Below, one piece after another: positions 58,162 to 64,000 of a DNA stretch of 64,000 nt (position 1 is the stretch's first letter; each line of letters opens with the position of its first letter). The position numbers were made by a program, and so were the translations under genes. The stretch comes from Planctomycetota bacterium (GTDB lineage Bacteria; Planctomycetota; GCA-002687715; CAIWVZ01): assembly GCA_044222185.1 (NCBI GenBank), contig JBGANV010000001.1, positions 1,664,001 to 1,728,000 on the forward strand. The letters run 5' to 3'. The notes under the pieces are model-generated. The model worked only from the letters and a program-made list of their open reading frames with translations. It did not search any database and was not told the origin of the DNA.

Positions 58162-60264
58162 TCAGATCCCCATCAACAGTCGGAGCGCGTTCGAGAACTG
58201 CATGCCCTGGGACCCGAAGATCACGGCCTGCACATCCACGCCAACCCCGGCGAAACCCGGGTCGGTGGGGAACGGCACGACGAAGTTCCAGGTGCCGGCA
58301 CCGTCCACCGACAGCGGGAAGAGGACGCCGGTTCCGAGGTTCGGAAGGTAGAGCGTGCACGAGCCGACCGACGAGTACACCGCGCCGAGGTTCGGAAGCG
58401 AGTAGAGCATGAGTCCCTGCCCGAGAGGCTGCGCCGTGAGCGTGATCGTCGCCACGCCCCCGAGGACCGGCGGTGCGCTCGCGGCGAGGACGGTCGTCGC
58501 GGGGCACCCGGCACCGATCTGCGCGAGTTGCGCAGGCGGCAGGATCGTCAGGTAGAACGATCCGGCGGGCGTCGCGGTCGTCGCAGACGCGACCCGGATC
58601 GTGTAGGTCGTCCCCGCCGTCGGCGTGAACGTCACCGCGGCGAGCTGTCCGCAGACGTCGTTGCTGCAACCCACGAGAACCGCCGAAGGCGCCCACACCT
58701 GGAGGGCCGAGTCCGAGAGCGTGCCTGGCGCGAAGCCCGCGGGCGTGCACGTCGACACGACGAGCGGCGAGTTCCCCGTCGCCGTGTAGCTGAAGAAGAC
58801 GTCGCGGCGCGGCGTGGGTGCACAGGCGAAGCCCGGGAAGAGCGCCGTGTTGTTCAGTGCCGGTCCCGCGCCCTCGTTGCTGAAGGGCAGGCCGCTCAAC
58901 CCCGACGGCGACGCCGGGTTGATTCCGTCGAACACCGAGACCGCTCCCGCGAAGACGTCATTCGCCGGATCGAACGCGAACGCGATCGAGTACGTGGCCG
59001 TTCCGCTCGGCGCGACGCGAAGGAAGTAGCGGGTACCTGCGGTGAGCGCGACTCCGGTGAAGGGTCCGGCGCCGCATACGGATCCGACGGCGGTGAGCGC
59101 CGAGCAATCAGCGCCCGAATACAACGCCATGGCAACCGCGCCAGTCTGCGTGAACGATGCGGTCCCGCTCACGACGGCCGTGTAGGTGAACCAGGTGTCG
59201 GGAGTCGACGCACCGAAACTCGAGCATCCCGTCGGATTCGGATTCGTTCCCGTTCCGATGCCGACCGGGGACAGGTTCGTCCCGATCGCAAGGGGGATCG
59301 CCTGCGAGCAGACGTCGTTCGGCGCGTCGTAGGTGAAACGGATCCGATGTGCGCGACCGTTCTCCCCCGCGACGCGCAGGAAGTACTGCGTCCCTGCCGC
59401 CAGTGCGACGTTCGTGAACGTCGCCGTCGTCCCGCACACCGTCCCGGTCTGCGTCAGCATCGAGCAGTCGCTGCCCGAGTAAAGTGCAAGCGCCGCTCCG
59501 CCGAAGCGCGAGAGGGTCCACAGGTGGGACTGCGTCGGCGTGAACGTGTACCAGACGTCCAGCGTCGTCGTCGTGAAATTGGCGCAGGTCACGGGCTGCG
59601 GGTCCGTCGGCGTCGCGCCCGAGTGAGATCCGTAGTTGTCCCCGAACTGCAGGGGCGAGGCCGACGCACACGTGTCGTTCGATGCCGGTCCGAAGATCGC
59701 GACGTTGTCGATGTTCCAGGAAGGGAAGTTCTGGAACGCCGAGCCGGTGCTCTGGTCGTACCCGAACCTCACCCGGAACGTGGGCCCGGAGTGCGCGGTC
59801 ACGTCGAAGACCTGGTTCGTCCAGTTCGAGTCCGAGGTCGTGCCGGTTGGGGCCCAGACGGCCACCCAGCTCGTCCCGTTGAACGCGTCGATGCGAGCGC
59901 CGAGGAGTCCATTGACCGTGTTGAGCCACCGCCGGTAGTGCAGGGTCACGGTCGCGAGTCCGCTCGTATCGATCACCGGACTCGTCAGCCAGTAGAACCC
60001 ATGTGAGCTGCCTCCGACGCTCCCCCCCACGTTGACGCCGGCCACGCCGCCGTGAAGAACGCCGTCCGCATCCGTGTCCGGGTCCGGGCCGAGGCCCGGG
60101 TACGGATTACCCGTGGACGCCTGTGCGGGGGCGATGTCCCAGTCCTGGCCCACGGTCCAGCCCGCGCCGTTGTCGTCGAAGCGCTCGTAGAAAACCACGT
60201 TCGACTGGGCCGACAGGATCGACGCACAAAAAACGACGACAGCAGTCAGTCTGATCGGATTCAC
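58162..60264 (-). CDS. Secreted multidomain protein (MAM/immune-inhibitor-A-like jelly roll, three NDxC/PPC-like repeats, C-terminal beta-sandwich module)
   Basis: GGAGG RBS before GTG 60264; signal peptide (LSA-Q); LTSP.ID...WNIDNV; NDTC, NDVC and NDVF repeats. Confidence 0.8.
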   Translation of the reverse strand: MNPIRLTAVVVFCASILSAQSNVVFYERFDDNGAGWTVGQDWDIAPAQASTGNPYPGLGPDPDTDADGVLHGGVAGVNVGGSVGGSSHGFYWLTSPVIDTSGLATVTLHYRRWLNTVNGLLGARIDAFNGTSWVAVWAPTGTTSDSNWTNQVFDVTAHSGPTFRVRFGYDQSTGSAFQNFPSWNIDNVAIFGPASNDTCASASPLQFGDNYGSHSGATPTDPQPVTCANFTTTTLDVWYTFTPTQSHLWTLSRFGGAALALYSGSDCSMLTQTGTVCGTTATFTNVALAAGTQYFLRVAGENGRAHRIRFTYDAPNDVCSQAIPLAIGTNLSPVGIGTGTNPNPTGCSSFGASTPDTWFTYTAVVSGTASFTQTGAVAMALYSGADCSALTAVGSVCGAGPFTGVALTAGTRYFLRVAPSGTATYSIAFAFDPANDVFAGAVSVFDGINPASPSGLSGLPFSNEGAGPALNNTALFPGFACAPTPRRDVFFSYTATGNSPLVVSTCTPAGFAPGTLSDSALQVWAPSAVLVGCSNDVCGQLAAVTFTPTAGTTYTIRVASATTATPAGSFYLTILPPAQLAQIGAGCPATTVLAASAPPVLGGVATITLTAQPLGQGLMLYSLPNLGAVYSSVGSCTLYLPNLGTGVLFPLSVDGAGTWNFVVPFPTDPGFAGVGVDVQAVIFGSQGMQFSNALRLLMGI

Positions 60265-60527
60265 CGCATGGCCTCCGTCCATTACCGACGCCCGGCTTCA
60301 CGTCGACACGGTGCCGACTGCGGAGAACCGGACGATCAACTCCCCTCCAGAGAGGCGGCGAACGGTCGAATGACAGCGGGTCGAAAAATCCGGGAGCCGG
60401 CCGCGAACACGGACGCCGCGAACGCCCGCGCCGTCGGGCAAGAACGAGCGCGATGACCTGGTCGGACCGCGGGTTCCGCGCCGCAATCGCCCCTCGCCCG
60501 CAAGGTCGGCTCCGCGCGATCGGACGG

Positions 60528-61031
60528 TCACTGCCCCTTGGCTCGCTGCCGCTCCCGCATCCTTCGGCCGCCATAGCGTCCGCGGGTGCAGAAGTCGCAC
60601 ACGCAAAATGGGGGCGTTCCATTGGAGCCGGGGCGGTAGCGCCACCCGAGGACCTGGGGCAGCCGGCGAACACGGTGGATCTCTCGGGCTTCGATCCGCC
60701 GCGGCACGATCACTTCCCATCCGCGCGGATCCTGCGTCGTGAGGAAGGCGCGAGTCGCGTCCGCCGCCGTCATCCAGCCGTGGGCCTTGCCGTAGTGTCC
60801 CACGTAGACGAGTTCGTCGTCGGGAATGCGGAAGTACACGCCGGCGAAAGGCGCCGCGTGGCTGCGCTTCAACTCCCGAAGCCATTGGTGCGACACGTAG
60901 AAGTTCCGTGTGACGGGCACTGAGTGGACGCCGGCGACCGGGCGTCCGACGGCAGCGCGGCCGCGTCGAATGCCGTTGCGTCGGATCCGCGCGACGCGCG
61001 CCTCGGGGGTCAGGTGAACGAACATGGCCAT
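60528..61031 (-). CDS. Conserved-looking hypothetical protein, possible ADP-ribosyltransferase-like fold
   Basis: FVHLT...I.RNGI, SHQWLRELKR, FRIPD.E.V.VGHY, GWEV.VPR.I, C-terminal CVCDFC. Confidence 0.7.
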   Translation of the reverse strand: MAMFVHLTPEARVARIRRNGIRRGRAAVGRPVAGVHSVPVTRNFYVSHQWLRELKRSHAAPFAGVYFRIPDDELVYVGHYGKAHGWMTAADATRAFLTTQDPRGWEVIVPRRIEAREIHRVRRLPQVLGWRYRPGSNGTPPFCVCDFCTRGRYGGRRMRERQRAKGQ

Positions 61032-61460
61032 GGTCGAGCTTTCAGCGGGGGCCGATCGTATCGCGAATACGCCGACGCGAACGCCGTGCTCCGTCTCGCG
61101 ACCGTGCAAGACCCCCGCAGGACCGTGTAGGTTTCACCCTGTCTCGAGCGTCGGAGCGCGGGTGTCCTCCGTGATTCTCCTCCCTACGAACTTCACGGGA
61201 TGAAGGACACAGAACCGCCGTCGCACGCACGGCCGTCATCCGATTTCTCGACGGAGTGGCGCCCGTAGACGATCTCGTCGCCACGGGAACCTTTGAGCGA
61301 ACGGCTCGATCGCCGCGGGATTCACGCGATCGGAAGGCTCGGCGCGCATGTCCCCGCGTCCCAGTCGCGACCTGCGTGAACTCACGGCGGCGCCGGTCCG
61401 CAAACCTGCGCATGGCGACGACGTCCGGCGCTCGCGAGTGTCAGTCTGCACGCGGCATGG

Positions 61461-61477
61461 TCGGCTCGCGGTTTGCA
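61461..61477 (+). promoter_or_regulatory. Possible sigma-54 (-24/-12) promoter
   Basis: TCGGCTC-GCGGT-TTGCA with GG-N10-GC spacing, about 90 nt upstream of ATG 61565. Confidence 0.35.
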
Positions 61478-61564
61478 ATCGCTGGCTGCCCCTCCTGCGG
61501 CGCGCCCGTCATTCAGGACCGCGCTGCAGGACCCGACCACGTGCCTCGTGCACAGGAGCCTTCA

Positions 61565-63154
61565 ATGAGAACCAAGACCATCACGTCGCTGCTCACCGTG
61601 GCGATTCTCATCGCGTCAGCGTCCGTGACGTCCGCCCAGGGCGCTCACGTTCGTCCGAGACTGGCGCCGGGTCAGACGACGAACTGGACCCCACACCCGA
61701 CGACCGACGCGCCCCTCGCGCTCACGACGCAGGACCTGACGACCGGCCTGACGGCGGCAGGGCTGGTACAGGGCATGCTCGGAAGCGGCGTCGTGGTCAC
61801 GAACGTCACCTACAACGGCGCGGCGCTCGCAGCCGGGCGGTTCCAGGGTGGCACGGGGATCATCGGCTTCGACTCCGGGATCGTGCTCAGCTCGGGAGAC
61901 ATGAACTCCGTCGTCGGGCCGAACCTCGGCGATGGGACGTCCACGATCAACAGCACGGGTAGCGACCCCGATCTCGCCTCGTTGATCCCGGGCTACACCG
62001 TCTACGACAGCGCGGCGTTGGAGTTCGACTTCTCCTGCCCCACGACGCAGGTGATCTCATTCCAGTTCGTGTTCTCCTCCGAGGAGTACAACGAGTGGGT
62101 CAACAGCCCATACAACGACGTGTTCGGGTTCTTCGTGAACGGCCAGAACATCGCCATCGTGCCAGGAACGTCGAATACGCCGGTGTCGATCAACAACGTC
62201 AACTGCAACAACCCGTACGCGCCGCCATCGGGCGCACACTGCGGCCAGTTCATCAACAACGACCTGAATGACGGCGGCGGGACGATCAACACGGAGATGG
62301 ACGGGCTGACACTGGTCTTCACGGCCACGGCGTCGATCAATCCCGGGATGAACCACATCAAGTTCGCCATCGGCGATGCGGGCGACGAGGTTCTGGACTC
62401 GAACGTCTTCATCCGCGCGGGCAGCGTCACCTGCGGCCAGCCCGGGCCGGTCTGCGAACTCCCGATGCCTGCGCTCGAACTCGGCGCCGGCCAGCAGACG
62501 GTTTCCGTCGGCACGCCGTTCAGCCACGCCATCCGCGCCATCGCGACGAACGGTCTCGCGAATCAGCAGGTCACGATCACGAGCGTTTCCGTCTTGCGAG
62601 ATGGCGTCCCCGCCGCCATGCCGGCCGGCGCCGTGATCACGCCTTCGCTTCCTCTCACGGGGCAGCCGGCGACGGGCACGTTCAGCTGGACCCCGACGTC
62701 GGCGCAGGTCGGCACGTGGGACTTCGTCTACCACCTGCTGGATCAGCTCGGCGGAACCGGAATCGGGACCGTGCGGTGCGTCTTCTCGCAGTTCGAAGAC
62801 ACCGACTGCTTCCTGTTCGGATCGCTCGCACCGGCTTCGATCGACCTCGGCACCGGTGACACGCTCCTGATCGACCTCAACCAGGCGATCTACGTCATCG
62901 CGCAGCCGAACGACGTTCCGGATTGGGGGATCCCGGACAATCCTCAGTTCCTCGGCGTGAACTTCTACTTCCAAGTCGGTCTCTACGACCCGGCGGTGTT
63001 CCCGGCCGATCCGGTGAAGTGCTCGAATGGCCTCCACATCGTGATCGGAGTGTCGAACATGGAGACCTACGGCCCATCGACCGGAATCACGCTCTGGTCG
63101 ACGACTCCGCCGCTGCTCGATGCGGACTTCACGGTGAACTTCGCCATCAACTGA
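61565..63154 (+). CDS. Secreted choice-of-anchor L-like domain protein with Ig-like domain and C-terminal module
   Basis: AGGAG RBS; signal peptide (TSA-Q); GIVLSSG, D.AALEFDF, F.F.SEEY.E...S.YNDVFGF, NIA..PG...VSIN, DG.T, H.K.AI.D.GD..LDS.VFI. Confidence 0.85.
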   Translation: MRTKTITSLLTVAILIASASVTSAQGAHVRPRLAPGQTTNWTPHPTTDAPLALTTQDLTTGLTAAGLVQGMLGSGVVVTNVTYNGAALAAGRFQGGTGIIGFDSGIVLSSGDMNSVVGPNLGDGTSTINSTGSDPDLASLIPGYTVYDSAALEFDFSCPTTQVISFQFVFSSEEYNEWVNSPYNDVFGFFVNGQNIAIVPGTSNTPVSINNVNCNNPYAPPSGAHCGQFINNDLNDGGGTINTEMDGLTLVFTATASINPGMNHIKFAIGDAGDEVLDSNVFIRAGSVTCGQPGPVCELPMPALELGAGQQTVSVGTPFSHAIRAIATNGLANQQVTITSVSVLRDGVPAAMPAGAVITPSLPLTGQPATGTFSWTPTSAQVGTWDFVYHLLDQLGGTGIGTVRCVFSQFEDTDCFLFGSLAPASIDLGTGDTLLIDLNQAIYVIAQPNDVPDWGIPDNPQFLGVNFYFQVGLYDPAVFPADPVKCSNGLHIVIGVSNMETYGPSTGITLWSTTPPLLDADFTVNFAIN

Positions 63155-63198
63155 TCACCCTGCCCGGGCACCGTGCATCCGGATGCGCGTGCGCCCAT

Positions 63199-63227
63199 CG
63201 AGCCGTCGCGCCCTCGGCGACGGCTCG
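63199..63227. terminator. Hairpin between convergent genes (possible bidirectional terminator)
   Basis: CGAGCCGTCGC-7 nt-GCGACGGCTCG perfect 11-bp stem; no clear U tract. Confidence 0.45.
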
Positions 63228-63270
63228 GTCGTTCGTGGTGGACGAAGCCGTCGCCCCGCCGTTGCGCCCA

Positions 63271-63528
63271 TCAGTGATGGTGCGTCGAACACACGGGGCC
63301 GCCCGTTCGCTCGACGTAACAACCGCGACAGGTGACGCGCTCACCGCGCACGAAGCCCTGTCCGCAGTCGGTGCACCAGAACGTGCTCTGGTTCGTCACG
63401 TGGTCGCAGAGTGAGCATGCGCGGCCACCGTGGTGGTAATCGCGGTCGCCGTAGTGATCGTCGCCGTGACATCCTGAGGCACCACCAAGCGCCACGATCA
63501 CGAACAGCAGCATTGCAACTGACTTCAT
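63271..63528 (-). CDS. Small (85 aa) Cys/His-rich lipoprotein
   Basis: GGAGG RBS; MKSVAMLLFVIVALGGASG-C lipoprotein signal; CSLC, CTDC, CRGC, CSTHHH. Confidence 0.75.
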   Translation of the reverse strand: MKSVAMLLFVIVALGGASGCHGDDHYGDRDYHHGGRACSLCDHVTNQSTFWCTDCGQGFVRGERVTCRGCYVERTGGPVCSTHHH

Positions 63529-63551
63529 GACTGATCCTCCGGCGAGCGGAA

Positions 63552-63568
63552 TGCAACCGATGTGCCGG
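63552..63568 (-). promoter_or_regulatory. Sigma-54 (-24/-12) promoter of the small lipoprotein gene
   Basis: Minus strand CCGGCAC-ATCGG-TTGCA, near-consensus with exact GG-N10-GC spacing, just upstream of the RBS. Confidence 0.6.
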
Positions 63569-64000
63569 TGAGTCAGGTGCGCCGACCACGTCGCGTCGCG
63601 GAAGGCCTCGGCGCAGGCGGAGCCAACACGTCCGTCAGGCAGGGTCTCGCCGCTTTCCCGCTGAAAACTCTCGCGCGACGGCCGATCTGCCAGGCTCGTT
63701 TCGAGCCGGGGGAAAACCCAGAGGGGCACATTCCGATGGTGTGGCCCGAACCCTGAGGCACGAATTGCGAACCCCCGAGTCCCCGCCGATGGGCCGCGGC
63801 GACCGGTCAGGCTTGCCGCTTCCGGTCAGGCAAACCTGCGAAACCGCCGCGATGGCGCCCAGGGCTTGTTCGCAGCGTCGAATACCCAGAGGCCCGGCGC
63901 GGCCGCTGGTCACGAGGGCAAAGTGCACCCGAGCGCGCGCCGGCGTCCAGGCCGCGTGCCCCACATGGACGGATCGGAGCACTCGGCCCGCCGATTCCCC

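Noticed and set aside
63630-63720. GGGAA...GAGACCCTGCC on the minus strand resembling a cobalamin riboswitch B12 box
   Set aside because: The core GGTG.AA.TCC and GCCACTG elements are missing and the spacing is wrong.
63755-63770. GGCACGAATTGC as a second sigma-54 site
   Set aside because: GG-to-GC spacing is 8 nt instead of the required 10.
63826-63870. GGCAAACC...GAAA resembling a c-di-GMP-I riboswitch
   Set aside because: No complementary strand closes the GAAA loop, and the GACGCAAAG segment is absent.
1-64000. CRISPR array, tRNA/rRNA, IS, integrase or prophage
   Set aside because: No regularly spaced direct repeats, cloverleaf motifs, transposase or integrase motifs, or compositional island seen by eye.

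Overview
GC-rich (roughly 70% by eye) bacterial chromosomal segment. The gene content points to an uncultured Planctomycetota-type lineage (inference): ECF sigma factors with long C-terminal extensions or adjacent Ser/Thr kinases, kinase-FGE fusions, DUF1501/DUF1800, WD40 and many secreted beta-rich proteins. About 43 CDS can be supported. They include a complete reductive pyrimidine-degradation operon (beta-ureidopropionase, dihydropyrimidinase, PreT, PreA), an Fpg/Nei glycosylase, a 5'-nucleotidase lipoprotein, a FadL-like porin, a GT4 glycosyltransferase, a HerA-like ATPase cluster and about a dozen secreted proteins. No rRNA, tRNA, CRISPR array or mobile element was recognised. Main observations: (1) a TlpA/redoxin gene that the ORF track splits in two is interrupted by an in-frame UGA exactly at the first Cys of the redox motif (W-U-P-P-C), a probable selenoprotein; (2) about 10 secreted proteins with different passenger domains share a terminal ~110-aa beta-sandwich-like module, and most secreted proteins start with Gln after the signal peptide, suggesting an undescribed surface-sorting or anchoring system; (3) a B12-binding radical SAM enzyme is fused to an Fe/2OG Asp/Asn beta-hydroxylase-like domain, divergent from a glycosyltransferase; (4) an S9 peptidase homologue lacks both catalytic Ser and His; (5) a small Cys/His-rich lipoprotein lies behind a near-consensus sigma-54 promoter. 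Family assignments come from motifs recognised by eye; no searches were run.
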